DNA of 63,990 nt, filler included, from Basidioascus undulatus (Eukaryota), in NCBI GenBank assembly GCA_000826855.1. It is 5 parts of 5 records of this genome, joined end to end, with 100 filler letters (N's around TTAATTAATTAA, not from the genome) between each part and the next. Parts side by side here need not be neighbours in the genome. Positions count along the whole stretch, not along the records: positions 46,766 to 55,401 come from JTLS01001360.1; positions 55,502 to 63,990 come from JTLS01001383.1; 3 more parts are not named here. The stretch is one strand, 5' to 3'. How positions within the stretch are numbered: position 1 is the stretch's first letter; each line of letters starts with the position of its first letter. The notes beneath the pieces are model-generated. The model worked only from the letters and a program-made list of their open reading frames with translations. It had not been told where the DNA came from and searched no databases. The position numbers and the translations under genes are program-made. This document shows positions 46,999-60,225 of the stretch, piece by piece.

Positions 46999-48849
46999 GA
47001 GGCTGGCTTGCGCCTGCTCTTCTTTCCGCTCCCTCTCCGTCCCTTCCGATCTCTGCACACACACATCACAGCGTGATCATTCCCCTCTCGTAGGTCTCTT
47101 GCATTCTTCTTTCACATCCAGAAATCGACAAACCCCAAAGTTTTCCTTCCTTTTTTTTTATCACCCTTTACGTTGCGTTACTGTTCCTGTTCCAGTTCCT
47201 TGTCTTGTCCATGCCCCCCTCCCCATCCAGCACCCAGCACCCGCCCATGTTCTCGCATCGTTCGCACTCCTGTAACATGCACCGCCTCTCGTTCCGGTTC
47301 CAGCTCGCTGTTCTCAGTCCCCCGTTCCGTGTTCCCCGTTCCCGTTCTCGCTCGCACACCCACTCCTGTACTATGCTACGCGTCCCATGTCCTCGATCCG
47401 TGTCTCCTTGTCCGCTCCGCATTCCGGCCAGTTTAGCGATATTTTCTTATCAGCTTGTGCTTTCTTTACGTCTGTGCTCGTTCCGATTTCGTCCAGTCGT
47501 CCTGTCATGTCTCTTTTCCATGCCGGGGCATGTTTTTAGTCTTGATGTAGGGCGTCTAGCGCATTCCTATGATTGTTTGTAGGCTCGCTCATGTATCGCT
47601 TTCTTCTTGATTCTACTGCTGGATGGCGGCTCGGGAGCTTGAAGGAATGCTCTTGCTTTCGTATCGGGCTTGCACGTTTGGCCCGGCATACTGTCGAACG
47701 CCGTGGTCCAACCCCACTCAGTGCGTCGATGAGAAAGCAGAAAGATCAGCGTAGGTGAACCAATGTTTGGGCATGGTGCAGTCCTGTGCGCACTGGAAAA
47801 AAAGTAAAGTGGTGTTGCTTCAAGCTCGTCAAGCAGCCCGAAGGAAGTGAACTGCAGCTTGTAAGGCAGGAGGCCGCGAGTGTATAAGATTGCCTGAATG
47901 AGAAAAATGTGTGTCTGGAATAATGAAAACGAGCTACATCCGTATTCCAGCTCCGCACTTAAATGTACCTGTACAGAGGAGAGTGGTCTCCCACTGCCCA
48001 CAGGGACGCCCGAAGCCCCTCGTGTCAGTACGCAGTTCGGTCAAGCAGTGGGAGCGGAGAAGGTCAAGAGCGAATGAAACTACGACGCACTGGCAAGCTT
48101 CTCGTCCGTATACCGCGCCCGAATCTCCTCTTCCGTCCCCTCACGATCGTGCGCCGCATTATGACGTGCGTACTATATCCGGTAAAGAAGGACAGAACTC
48201 GGGAGTCAAGGAAAATGTTGGACTGTGACCCAGAAAGAGCGAAGGCCAATAGGTCAGTTCCGCTCAGGTAATCACATCGAAAATAAATGAAAGGGAAAGG
48301 GCACGCACGCCAATCGCGCCGCCAAGGTTACCGAGGGAAAGCATTGCAGCTGTTGAGGCTGTTGAGATGCTGCGCTTCCACTGTCCAGTGATGTTCTGCG
48401 AATTCCACGCGACGACGCCGGGTTACATAGAGTACGCGCCCGAGCAAACAAGGAAGAGCGCAAATTCTGTCCGTTACCCGAGGCGTATCAGCGGGCGAAT
48501 GAGCCTGCTGTTTGCAAGGTTTTCAGAGGCTCAAAGCACGCACACTGCACCCCTGATACTCACGCCTTGCCGGTCGAGGCGAGAATGATGATGAATCCCT
48601 GTTATCGCCGCACTGTAGCGTGAGTGCCTATCCGTGAGCATGAAACCGGTTACGTACGAAACTGGATGGAGAGCAGGACCAGCAGGAAAAAGACGTGGTC
48701 GAACCGCTTCCCACGGCGGTCCGCAAGCATGGCATTGGCGACGCAGATAATGGAAGCACAGATGCATGGGGACGGACGGAGAGGTGTTGGACGAAAACAG
48801 GGAGAAAGTTCAAAGAAGGAGCCCCACTGATAATTACGGGCAGAGCGTA

Positions 48850-50407
48850 GCTAAGAGCCTACACGGGGATTGTGTTTGCCTAGAAAATCCACGGGACGAG
48901 GTAGTTCTTCTTGTCGGTGACAGCTTGGCGCACGAACTTCCAGTCGAAGTGCTCCGAAGAGCCCGTTCTGCTGTTGGAGAACCTGAGCGGGGGGAGCAAA
49001 CATTGTTTGTGAGTAGAGGCGGCGATTTCGGGATCGTAGGGGTGTGATGGAAAGCTATCACGCACTTCTAGCGGAGGACGAGGTAGCGACGCTCCTCAGC
49101 CGTGAGCCATCGGCACTGGCCGGGCTCGTTGGTGATGACTGAAGGAGATGCGGTTGAACACAAAGGTACGTCACGTCGGACCATTAATTTGTACTCACCA
49201 AATGGCCCGATGCAGCCGAAGACGAACACAATCAAACCTTTTTAATCCTGCGGTCAGCGTCTTCAATCGGACGCGCTGAGACACACTGCGCACCTTCAAT
49301 GATCAAGATCCACCGCCATCTACCAAGGAAATCAAACAAAGGTAAGTAATCGCCGCAACGGAAATCAGGCCTAAAACAACGTCACTCACCCCGCCAAGCC
49401 GCCGACGCCGTCAATCTTGGAGAGACCGAACCCGAGGAGACTGGTAGCACCCGCCGTAGAAACCGCCGCGTAGAAGTACGACATCCGCCGAGTCGACTCG
49501 TTGCGGACGTACCACTGAGAGAATATGACGGTCACGGCGAGGAAGACCTGACAGCGAACGGGCGTAGATGTGGTCAGCCGACAGCGCAGAGACTGTTTCC
49601 GACCCATCGTCCACCGTTGATGATACTTACACCTGCTTGGGCAGCCCCGAGGAAAAAGCGCGCAGCTTGCAGACCGGCCGCGTTCTAAAGTCCCATAAGA
49701 GTGGCGATCATCGAGAAGGTGACGACGAGGATGGTGATCCACCATCGCGGACCGACAATGCGGAGCATCGCGTTGCTAGGCACTTCGCAGAAGCTGTTGA
49801 CTGAGGGCGTCGGATACTCCTTACCGATTCCATCTGTACTTACGCGTATCTGTAGGAAACCGTCAGTGGGACGTCATTATAGGATTTTATAGGAGGGGAA
49901 TAGAGGTGGAAAGCTATACGACAAGAAAAAAAAACGGTAAGGGCCCATTCATTTTGCGACTGTGAGATCCCTGTGTCGTCGAGCATGCCCGCCACCTTGG
50001 CATTGCCACTGCAAGCACCGCGCACAGTCAATCGGAATGGCGGCGGTCCAGAGCGAAGCGAAATAATTACTCATGCGGTTCCTCGAGTGATGAACGCTAG
50101 AAGAAAATATGTCGAGAAAATGGGCACAAGATCTGTAAGAAGGCTTGTGTAAGTGAGGGGCGCTCGCTGCAGAGCACGAAAGTCTACTCACGGAGATCAA
50201 CTTCGCGTATGAGCTTCTTACGCGGGCAGCGTCGAAAGCTTTTTAAAGATCGAGCCACTCCGAGTAATCTGAGCTGCCGAGTGCCTCCTCGGTGGCGTCC
50301 GTCTTCGTGTCGTGAAGCTGAATCGCCTGCTCCTTCTCGAAGTGGCTGGCGGGCCCCGACGACAACGTCTTTTCTCCTCGAGAGGACGCCCGACTAAGAT
50401 CGGCCAT
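48850..50407 (-). pseudogene. MFS anion:cation symporter (allantoate/nicotinate permease, Dal5/Tna1-like), disrupted and apparently lacking its C-terminal half
   Basis: GNAKVAGM...WALTVFF, SQWY..E..RRMSYFY, DGVGGLAG/WRWILIIEG, WLTAEER, FDWKFVRQAVTDKK. Premature TAA at 50243 and frame breaks. Confidence 0.8.
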
Positions 50408-53173
50408 GACTGGATCGGAGGCAAGAATGGTCAGGCTTTTCAAGTCGTACACAGAGTTTCGGTAATACGCACTTTGCTGGGTTGTGTTTGCGCTTGCGGG
50501 AAGTGGGCGACTCTTGACAGTGAAGTGAGTTGGTCGAGCGTGGGTGAGGGAGCAAGCAAGTGCGGAGAACAGGGTGGGGCATACGGGGTTCATGCACCTG
50601 CTTTTAAACGCCGTCCCGTCTCCCTTGTTGCCGCGCCTTCATGTTTTGCTGGAGCCCCGCTCGAGAGCGTGTTAAGTTGAACTCCGTGATGCCGAATTGC
50701 GTTGCACATGTTGAGCAAAGTCGCCGGCGGTTGGTGTCCCACATGAAACCACATGGTTCCCCGTGCGTGTGCAATACCGGCGGCAACCCGATTTCCGAGA
50801 GCTCATCATAGAGCCACAAGTCTTCCGGATAACTACGCCTCGAGTATGTTTTCGCTCGGCCCATTGCCCGCTAGGGTTTTCAATTCTCGTGCGCATCCGT
50901 CTGCATACTTGCTTAGAGGTGTGTGCGCTTCCAACTTCTGGCTATTCAGGCTGTCCTCCAAAGATCGAGCAAGCAGTCCTTATCATGGGTACGGCTGTGA
51001 TCGGCGACAGCCCGCTTTTCGTCGGCCTTTCCGCAGGAAGTTCTCCACTCAACTCCACCTGTCCAACGTCTCCCCACAGACGTCCGAGGTTGGGCCCCCG
51101 CAAGCCACTCAGCATTCGGGCACGCCATAATGCCTAAGTTGATGGGACGGCCGCTGCCGGCCGTGTTGGTGTGGGGACCGGTCCATATTGGGTCCATAAG
51201 CGCTCATGGTTTCTCGCGGTGCGCCATCGCATAATTGCTTGTTTGTGAGCCCTGTCAGCCTATTTTCATGCTGTAGCTTCGTCTCATCTCCAGACTCGTC
51301 TTCACCTTTGCAGCGAAGGCGGGAACAGTCGGCCGGGACTTTCTTTCTCTTTCATGCCCACTCTTGCAGCTTCGTAGCTAGCGTCGGAGCGGGGCCGGAC
51401 AGTGGGACGAGAGGGTGCAGGCTAGCTGGGCCTATGGACTATGAAACGGTCTCTCGCTGTTCTTTTTGCCCGCTTAAGATTGAGGGCGATACCATAACAC
51501 CATTCAGCATTGCCCAAGGCGGTATGGCGGGCGCCCCGAAGTCGCTCCTTGGTTATTGCGTATTTATACTCCGTGGTCTGTTGCAAGGACGTCAAGGGAC
51601 TGATCAGCTCATGAGGATGTGGAACAGCCGTTTGTAAAGTCTCGCTTGACAATTGGTTGTGGATATGCCATGCAGGATGTGTCCGTGACTCCGAGCTGTG
51701 CGTTCTTTTCGAGTCAGTGCAATCCTGCTCTTGCAAAGCTCGCTTCATCGCTGTTGCTGAGACACTTGGAATGCTCGCCGTCAATGATGCAGTGTAGCTG
51801 TTGTGTTGCCAAAAGCTTTGTGAAGAAATCGGTGTATGACGAGCTATGCAGAAGTTCAGGCTCCTTACACCACCCATACTACCCAGTTCGCCAGACATCT
51901 GGGACCTGGTTGCGGACTGTCGAACATCAATGCAAGTGGCGCTGCTCCTCCGCAGATTAGCATACCAGAAAGTTCAACATGTGGCATTGCAGGCCGCCAG
52001 TGCCAGCGAACTCACACAAGCCCCCCAGGTCCCCGCAAGCCCTGTGGTCAGTGCCTAGCCCAGACAAGCGCCGCACCGTTGACGAGCCCTTCAGCAGCAT
52101 CGCTGCAGGGAAAGATAACCCTGGTGTCCTACCAGTTCACCATGACGGATAACGGAGTCGTAGTCCGGGTTCAGGAAGAGGGTAGGGATTCTGAAATCGG
52201 GAAGACGTGGTGGTGAAGGCCGGACACGCCGCCGAGGACATGTGTCCGCAACGGAACTATGAACTGGATGGAAAGATGTGTGATTAAATATGGGAGGAAG
52301 AAGAGAAGTTCGGGCTGAGTATGCATTAGCGGGCGGGGACAGTTTTGCAGTGGAAGCCGCCAGCTGACAGGTGAAGCCGAGCATGTTTCTCGCCGTAGGG
52401 GCCACAGTTGAAATCGTGGGCCAGAAAAATAATGTGATGAAGGTAAAGTATGCGATATTCTAACGGCCAAAGGCGTTCGCATAAGGCAGATGAACCCAGC
52501 TGAGTCGGCGGTGACTCAGCCCGCTCCCAGTGTATACTCTAGGGGATCGTCGCTCTACTTTGTAGACTAGAGCTTTGCGGGTCAAGACATTGGAGAGGCC
52601 AGTTCCCTCATTTCATGTTCCCAATGCACACATATACACATAAACATACACCCGCAGTCGGCGTCGTTGCGGCGGGACACGCTTGTGGATTGTCCCACGC
52701 ACCGCCTGCGTGACTGCGACATGTTGTCCTGTGACATGCTGTCCTGTTGTCGCGCAACATGCCGCAGTTACAACACAGTTTGCTCATTCTTCTCTCGTAT
52801 ACCGATGTTACCTTGTGTTACCTATAAGTCGAGAAATGCTCTGCACAGCTACTGACTACTGAAGCGCTACTTACTACTGAAGCGGGACGAGATACCCAAC
52901 AAAGACAGACTGCCCGCTATACGCGGCGGCTTTTGGATTTGCGAGCGACGATGGGGCCACCATTAGGCTTAGAGTACATATTTTCAGGTCACAAAGCCAA
53001 GCGAAGCGAGCGAATCAAGGCGATATAGCGAAGAAGAAACGAGATAGACAGTTCGAACGGCACGGCATAGGTGAAGAACGGCAGATACACATTAGAAAGG
53101 ATAAGGCGGCCAAAAGCATCCTGGACGAGACGAAAGGAGGCAGAAAATGGAAAGAAAAATGGCAGCATGAGTT

Positions 53174-55365
53174 TCAAGATGAAGATTGCAGAGTCGAGAC
53201 AAGCTGGAGGGCCACAAGATCAGCTAGTTGCCATTGGGAGGCAGACGACCGGCGTGAACGCACCTGCTGCCAGAAGTTCATTTCCCTCTCTGTGCTCTCC
53301 TCACCGAGCCCTCCCGGCGGGGTCGTGCTCGTCGTGAGCGAGTTGACGTCGAGCCATCCATTGAGGAGCGTCTGGGCCGCATCCCCAAACAGGTCCTGCT
53401 GCTGGGACGCGGACGACGCGGCGGGGAGGGTGAACGAGGGCGCGGAGACGACGGCGTTGCTCGCGTTGGCGTCGCCGATGCTGCCGAAGCTCGGCCAGCT
53501 CTGCGCGCCGAGCGGGAAGCTCGGGTTCAAGCTCGCCGTCGCCGTCGCGCCCGACGCGAAGCTCGGCGCGTCGACGATCGCGGACCCGCCCGTGCTGCTG
53601 CTGTTGTTATTGTTGTTGGCGCCGCTGCCGTTGCCGTTGCTGCCCCCGAAGCCGAGGAGGAGGTCGACGGGGTTGGACTGGCTGTTCAGCGCGAGGGGGG
53701 TGGCGGACATGCTGCTCCGCCGGCTGGGCGGCTGCGTGCCGAACAGGGACGGGTTCGACGAGTGCGTGTTCTCGGACTGCCGCCTGCGCTTGGCAGGGGG
53801 GCCGGACCCGTCGGGCGAGCCGGGGCGTGAAAGGGTCGACGTGCCCTTCTCCGCTGCGCCGCGCTTGAAGAGCTCGAGAACGGCAAGCTCCTTGACCGTC
53901 GCCTCGTCCACGCCGGTGGTGTAATTGTCGAGGAACTTGCGAAGTCTGTCCGCGCCCAACACAGACCCGATCAGCACCAAGTCCTCCAGAATCATCCACA
54001 GCCAGAACCAGCGAACGCACTCTGACGTCTCCTCGCCGAGCGGGTTGAGCACGAGCGCGATCCCGAGCACCATGAGCGACGTCATGATGCGGTACTGCCC
54101 CGCAGACAGGCTCTTCGGCCTCCCGACCGTCGAGTCCTGGTACTCCTTGCGGGCCACGAGGTCTGCCTTGGCCGACTCGATCGCGGCCGTCCGGCTCGAC
54201 CTGTACCGGTGCGAGTGCGACTTGCCCAGGATGAGGTACGGGCGGTGCAGCGTGATGCGCACGAAGTGAAACTGTCACCGTCCACCCCTTCATCAGCAGA
54301 GCTCGCGCTCGCTAAACAGCCAAGGTGAAAACGATGCGTACCTCGGTGGAGAGGAAGTACCGGTGCGTGGAGATGTACGGCAGGGTCGCGTCGAGCGCCT
54401 TGTCGGCGTTCTCGAGCTGGAAGTGCGGCGGGAGCTGCTCCTTCCACGCCATGAGCTCCTGGTCGAGCTGAAGGATGACGTGGTACGGCGGCGGGCGGAG
54501 GCCGAACGCGGCCGTCTGGATATGGCCCATGAGCTGCGCGAGCGAGTGGCGGAGGATGGTGTAGGTCTGTTCCCAGAACAGGCCATACGTGAGATGGGCC
54601 TAATCGAAAGAGAGGAACAGAACGGACGAACCATGATAGTAGGCGTCGTCAGCGGCTTCCCGAGCGTGACGCCCGCCTCGAGGTCCGCGTCGTCCAAGTT
54701 CGCAGGCGGCTCCGTGTCGACGTCCGCGTCGTTGATCGCGAGCGGGCGGCCGAGGAGAAGGGACGACATGCGGTCTTGGTGGTAGATGTAGGCTGGAAGT
54801 CACGACAAGACGCTTTAGCTCGCTGCGTCAAAGATGTGATTTGCCCAGGAAAGCTCACCATACACCCTCCGACGCAGTTCGCTGTCCACAGGGTTGGCGA
54901 GGCGCAGCATGGACGGGTCGCGGTGGAGGCCGAGGGCCTGCGCAGAGTGGATCGCCGCGCCGAGGCTGTGCTCACACCATGGCTATCAGTTCCGCTTCTC
55001 TTCCTCTCTATCGAAAAAGAAGACTCACGGGACGAATCCCTCGCTGGCGCGCCTGACGAGGATGAGGTACCTGGCAGTGAGGAGCCCCCAAAGCACGCTC
55101 TCGAGGTCCTCCTCCTGCATCGCGCCGGCGAGGTTGCTCGCGCGCCTGCTGGCGCCGTAGAAGCGCTCGTGCATCGAGCGGCGGTTGTCGGCGTCTCCAA
55201 CGAGGCTGTCGGGCGCGGTGAGCGCCGAGATGGCGAGCACGATAAGGAGGAGGGGCATGAAGCGGATCGAGGCGGGCGTAACGTGCTGCGGGCCGAGCAG
55301 CAGCGACGCGTGCAGCGTCGTGTACTGTCGGTAGAAGCGCGGGGAGAAGAGGGGGTAGCGCCAGC
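53174..55365 (-). CDS. Fungal-specific transcription factor (Fungal_trans middle homology domain); N-terminus lost in the gap
   Basis: LGAAIHSAQALGLHRDPS..ELRRRVW..IYHQDRMSSLLLGRPLAINDADVDTEPPANLDD; LDQELMAWKEQLPPHF; RITLHRPYL. Confidence 0.9.
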
Positions 55366-55401
55366 TGAGCGTGGGTGAGAGGAGAGGGTCAGCAGGAGGG
55401 A

Positions 55402-55501
55402 NNNNNNNNNNNNNNNNNNNNNNNNNNNNNNNNNNNNNNNNNNNNTTAATTAATTAANNNNNNNNNNNNNNNNNNNNNNNNNNNNNNNNNNNNNNNNNNN
55501 N
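55402..55501. other. Artificial contig spacer
   Basis: N44-TTAATTAATTAA-N44. Confidence 0.98.
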
Positions 55502-56273
55502 CGCGCACGCCGACGTCCGCGCTGGCGTACGAGGCGCAGCAATACGGTGGGGCGCAGGCGCAACAACCGGCGCGGGAGGGGCCGAGTGAGTTTGAGGAGA
55601 CGTTCCAGAAGCTGGCGGACTGTGCGTCTTCTTCTCTTTCTGCCCTTCGCTTGAACGGGGGAGCTGAGGGTTTGGGGCGGACACAGCGGGCAAAAAGACT
55701 TTCAACGACTTCCTCACCAAGGCTAAAGAGGCCGTCAACAAGTTCCAGCAGAACACGGCCGGGTCCGGGCCGGGCGACGGCACGTCGTCGGGCAGCGGTG
55801 GCTCCCATCCCGAGCCGCCGTACGCCTCGTCCGTCGCGTTCCGGCCGTCCAACGCCCCGCCGCCGCCGGCGCAGCCCTACTCCTTCCAACCCCAGGCCCA
55901 AACTCAGCAGCAGCAGCACCCTCGCTCGTCCCCCTCCCACGTCCCTGCCCCCGCCCCTGCACCTCCGTTCCAGTCTCAGACCCAGTCCCAGTCGCGCGCG
56001 CTCCCGACCTCCTCCCCGCTCGGAACGCCCAGCGGGCAGAAGGACTACACACACCTCGGTTTCCTGCCCAAGAAGGAGATCAACCTGCGGCAGCAGCAGC
56101 CGTCGAGTCGGCTTGATGACGACGACGATGATGACCTCGAGTGCGTCTTCCTTCTTACGCGTTCTGCAGGATGTTCCTTCGTATCTTTTTGAGGCATCTG
56201 GGAGGACTGGTACTAATATGTGCTCTTGCGCCGTTTCAGGTATACAAACTCGCCGTTTGACGACCGCCGGTGA
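55502..56273 (+). CDS. 3' part of a low-complexity protein resembling basidiomycete Cue5-like proteins
   Basis: EFEETFQKLAD/SGQKTFNDFLTKAKE...HLGFLPKKEINL...DDDDDLE/YTNSPFDDRR* across two introns. The CUE domain itself is not visible. Confidence 0.5.
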
Positions 56274-56792
56274 ATGAGAAGGCAGAAGGGGCGGACGAGA
56301 GTACCCAGATGAGACTGCACGAATACCGATACTGCTTGACACGACGACGATACTGTACAACTAACTTGATTGACCGAATACAAGGCTCGTGATTGCTTTT
56401 ACACCTTGCTGTCCTTGTACGTATCGAGTACGAGACGCAGGCCTGGTCGCGCGGTACATCAAACGAAGGCCTTGCTCTATAACGAGACGCAGGCCCGAAC
56501 ACTCAGCATAGCAAACAATTATCAAGCTGGCGAATCCGTAATAAGTGGGGTAATAGGGGCGGGGAGAAGGAGGCTGATAGACGTAGGAAAGAGGAGAAGG
56601 TTATCGGGAGAAAGCGCGGGGGGTCGTGGGTTGAGTTCCAGGTTCGTAGGTTGAGATTCGTATGGACATATCAGGATGAGGAAGAGGAGCGTGGGTGGGA
56701 GAGCAGAACGGTGGATGCGAGGCAGAAAGCAAGGGTGGGAAGAACAGCCAAGTCCGAGTCCCTAAGACACCGCGGCGAGCGTCTTCTTCGAC

Positions 56793-57856
56793 TCATCGGC
56801 CCGGGGCGATCCAGCTGCTGCGGCCGCCCTCGCTCGGCGTCTGGTACGTGCTCCGGTATGAGTTGCGGCTGCGGACGCTCGCGGAGGAGGTACGGATGGA
56901 GGGCGTGCGCGGCGCTTGCGAGCCCTGCACCGAGGACGCGCCGTCCGCGTTGAGTGTCACGCAGACGAGCGGGAATGCGCCTTCCCGGAAGGAGGAGCCG
57001 AGGATCTGGCCGGCCGCCCAGGAGTCGTCGTAGATGCTGGATTTGCGGACGCGCGCGCGGACGCAAAAGCACGGAGAAAGAGGAGAGTAGCAAGGTCAGC
57101 GTGAAGGGTAGGAGGATGATACAGACGCAGGGTCACGGGCGGAGGAACGCACCGAGTGACACGGACGACTTGGTCGGGGACGAGGGTGAGCTCGTCGGGG
57201 AGGCCAGCATTGTAGGGGTAGAGGACGTAGACGTTCGAGCTGCGCGAGAAGACGGGTATGCAGGGACGGGTGAGCGGGCCGTGCGAAGAGCGATCAGTGA
57301 GAGAGCCCGAGGCGGGTGCGTGACCGGTTCTCCGCATTTCCTCGACGCCCCGCCGTGGACCGCGCACCCGGGGAGAAAGGAGGTTCTCATGAACTCACCC
57401 AGGGGTGATGAACGCCTCCCGGCTCTGGTTGGTGTCCCTATAAAACGCGACGAGGCTCGTATTCCGGTTGTCCGCGCCGTTGTCCCCCTCGTTCGACGCG
57501 CCCTGCCCGCCCGTCGCGTCCGACGCCCGGTGCACCTGACCTTTTTCCACCGCGTCGGCATCCGCGTCGGCGTTGCTCAGCGGCACACCGCTGCCAGCGC
57601 TGGCCCCGCTGAGTTTCCGCGAGTCGACAGCACCGGACCGGCGACTGCTGTTGCTCACGCGGCGACGGCGCCAGAGGAACCAGATGCCCAGGCCGATGAG
57701 AAGCAGCGCCCCGACGACCACACCGACGACAATGCCCGCTATCTGACCGCCGGTGAGGCCAGAGGAGCTGCCGCTCGAGCTCTCCTCGGGGGAGTTATTG
57801 CTTTGTGCGCGCGCGACGACGGCGGCGCCGCTGAGGGCGAGGAGGGTGGGGAGCAT
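56793..57856 (-). CDS. Single-pass membrane protein with cytoplasmic SH3 domain
   Basis: Signal peptide MLPTLLALSGAAVVARAQ; TM GQIAGIVVGVVVGALLLIGLGIWFLW-RRRR; SH3 VLYPYNAGLPDELTL...IYDDSWAAG...EGAFPLVCV. Confidence 0.88.
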
Positions 57857-59234
57857 AGCGCGCGGGGTGGAGGGATAGGGGGTGGGTGGATGGAAAGGAG
57901 GTGTATGTAGGCGGCGGCGGTGGGAGCAGGGGTGACGAGGAGGAGCTGCTGCAGCTACAGCGCGCGTACTGCCGCGAAAGCGCCGGGTGAGGAGGACGAT
58001 GCGGGTAGGCGAGGGCAAAGTCTCGTTCGTTTGTAGTGCTCGCTCAGGGGGGCAGAGGAAAACGCAGGGGTCTCGCTGACCGCCGAGATGATGGTGATGA
58101 TCAGTTTGCAACCCACGGCCACCCCGCGTTTCGCCTTTTCCATATCGACTCTGAGCCAACACCTCGCTAGCGCCGTCACCGGCAGATACATAGTCAACGG
58201 TCATATCAACGCGTCAGCCTCCGGCCGAACACCAGCAGGCCGTGGCGGCGAGGGTGCCAACTGCCTGGACCTTGTGGTGTGGCAGCAATCTGAGACATAT
58301 CATTACTCGTCAGACGTCACCAGCTCCGGTACCTTACAACGTTCCAGAAATTGTACCCGAACCAAGTTACATTCATGAAGATGATGTTGAATCCATGCGA
58401 TATTCTGAGCAGTTGTGGGCAAGTTGTTGGGGTGGGAAGAAGACGGTGAACGGCAGTCCTGATGAAGTCTATCGGCCTGAAACTCGGTGACTAGTAAACG
58501 CATGCAGGGTCAGGCACAGTCGATCCTGACCTGCGGCAGAGGCCCTGCGCCAGCAGCGCAGCGCAATTTAATAAACTGTTTCCGATCCTCATGGGCGCAC
58601 AGCTCTCTCCTGCTTCGTCGGTTGAATGAAATGCAGATTTCTACCTAGAACACACGTGACAGGAAAGCCCAAGGAAAGCCATGAAGCATTGAAGCAACTT
58701 TAAGTCCTTGTTGGACAGCCTCTTCTTTACACAGCGGTGGCATTGTTGGACTGCCTCGTGTCAGTGCGCTGTTCGAAGGCTCCTGCGCCCGCTAATGAGG
58801 CATCGGCTGTGTATGCTGCTTTGGACAGTTGCATACACCATGCGCATTGGACTACAAGTACAGACCGGCGGCGGTGACCGACATCACTGGAACGCGCAGA
58901 TCTCAGGAGGTGAAATCAAACCCCACTCTAGCGGCACCTTGCATTATTGAGCATGTTATTTAGTGGAATCGCTTTCAAATCTATGTATTATTATCCTTCA
59001 TAAGACTGTCGGTAGTGGCGGCGATGAAGGTGTTGGAACTGTCGGAGGGTCGCACACAAGGCTTCTCTGTGGCTGTCACTCGCAAACACTCTGGCTTTAG
59101 AGATATGATAGGCCACGGAACAACATCAGTTGCAAGTAAAGTAGACTATGTGAATATATGGATATGTGTTTGCAGAAGTGGAGTTTGCGAGAGGAAATGC
59201 TGGCGAGACTGCGTGTTCAGGATGGTAAAGCCCG

Positions 59235-60225
59235 TCACGCAAACATCGCAGCCACGACACCAGCAAGAGCCAGTGAGGCAGAGACAACACCCCGGCGCGG
59301 CATGAGCAGAGGGCTGGGAGTGAGACCAGGAGTAAGCATGGCTGTGTTTTTGACGGTACGCAGCAGGGGGACGACGTACCTGCTGGCGGCATTTCTGCCA
59401 TTCCAGCCGTTGAAGCCATTCGAATTGTTCAAGCCATTCGAATTGTTCAAGCCATTCGAATCGTTCCAGTTGCTCTTGCTGTTGAAGTTGTCGCCGTTCC
59501 CGCCCGAAACGATATCGAACATGTTGCTCTGCGCAAAGATCGTGTTGGGATCGTCTGCGAATTGTGCCTAAGTCAGTGGAGGAAACGCGAAGGTTTAACG
59601 AACTGCAGACGCACTGATGTCCTTGACGAGGTTGACCTGACCAGAGGCAAAACTCGGTCAACAAAGGCCTCGACCCCAAGATTTACTTCAAAGAAAGCTC
59701 TGCAAGCTCACCTGGTATCCACGTCCAACAGGGAACCCGCCCGACGGCGGCGAAACCCACCACGACCGCGCTGACGTCTGGACGGCATTGGCAAGCTCCT
59801 TCGACTTGCCCCGGAGGATGTTGCCGTCCTGGTTGACGAGAATTATGGCCTGTCCAACGTCCATCCCACTCACAGTGAGATCCGGTACCCACTAAGGCAA
59901 CCCTTCAAGAAGCAAGAGAACGCACGAAGCTCGACGGGTCTGTGAAGCAAGCCCACCCAATATTTCAGCCACAGTGGAATACGAAAGGGGGTAATGTAGG
60001 GACTGCTCACCCGTCACCACGGTGTTCCAGCGAATCTCATTCTTGCTGTTACTCTGCCACCTGTCGGACTGGGTCGGGTAGGTCTGTAGACATAAGGAAT
60101 GTGTGTCAGTAAAGTGACCAATCCCGGCGATACCAGGACTTCTGTCTGGGAGAAATGGAACGCACGACTTGGATTGCCGTGACGGAGGCCGCGAGGATGG
60201 TAGAGAGGAGGAGGGTGAACTGCAT
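59235..60225 (-). CDS. GPI-anchored cell-surface protein with Kre9/KNH-like N-terminal Ig-like domain
   Basis: Signal MQFTLLLSTILAASVTAIQV/TYPT...IRW...ILVN...GRGYQ/VNLV...IFAQSNMFDI; C-terminal NAAS plus hydrophobic tail ASLALAGVVAAMFA*. Confidence 0.8.
59403..59465. repeat. 18-bp coding tandem repeat (NDSNGL/NNSNGL/NNSNGF)
   Basis: Repeated AAGCCATTCGAATTGTTC units on the + strand. Confidence 0.85.

Noticed and set aside
53292..53924. Long antisense ORFs (also 30848-31429, 54776-55378, 56954-57910)
   Set aside because: Shadow frames of GC-rich genes on the opposite strand.
59095..59135. Subtilase His motif (RDMIGHGTTSVAS)
   Set aside because: Isolated match with no Asp or Ser catalytic motifs nearby; lies in the 3' flank of the GPI gene.
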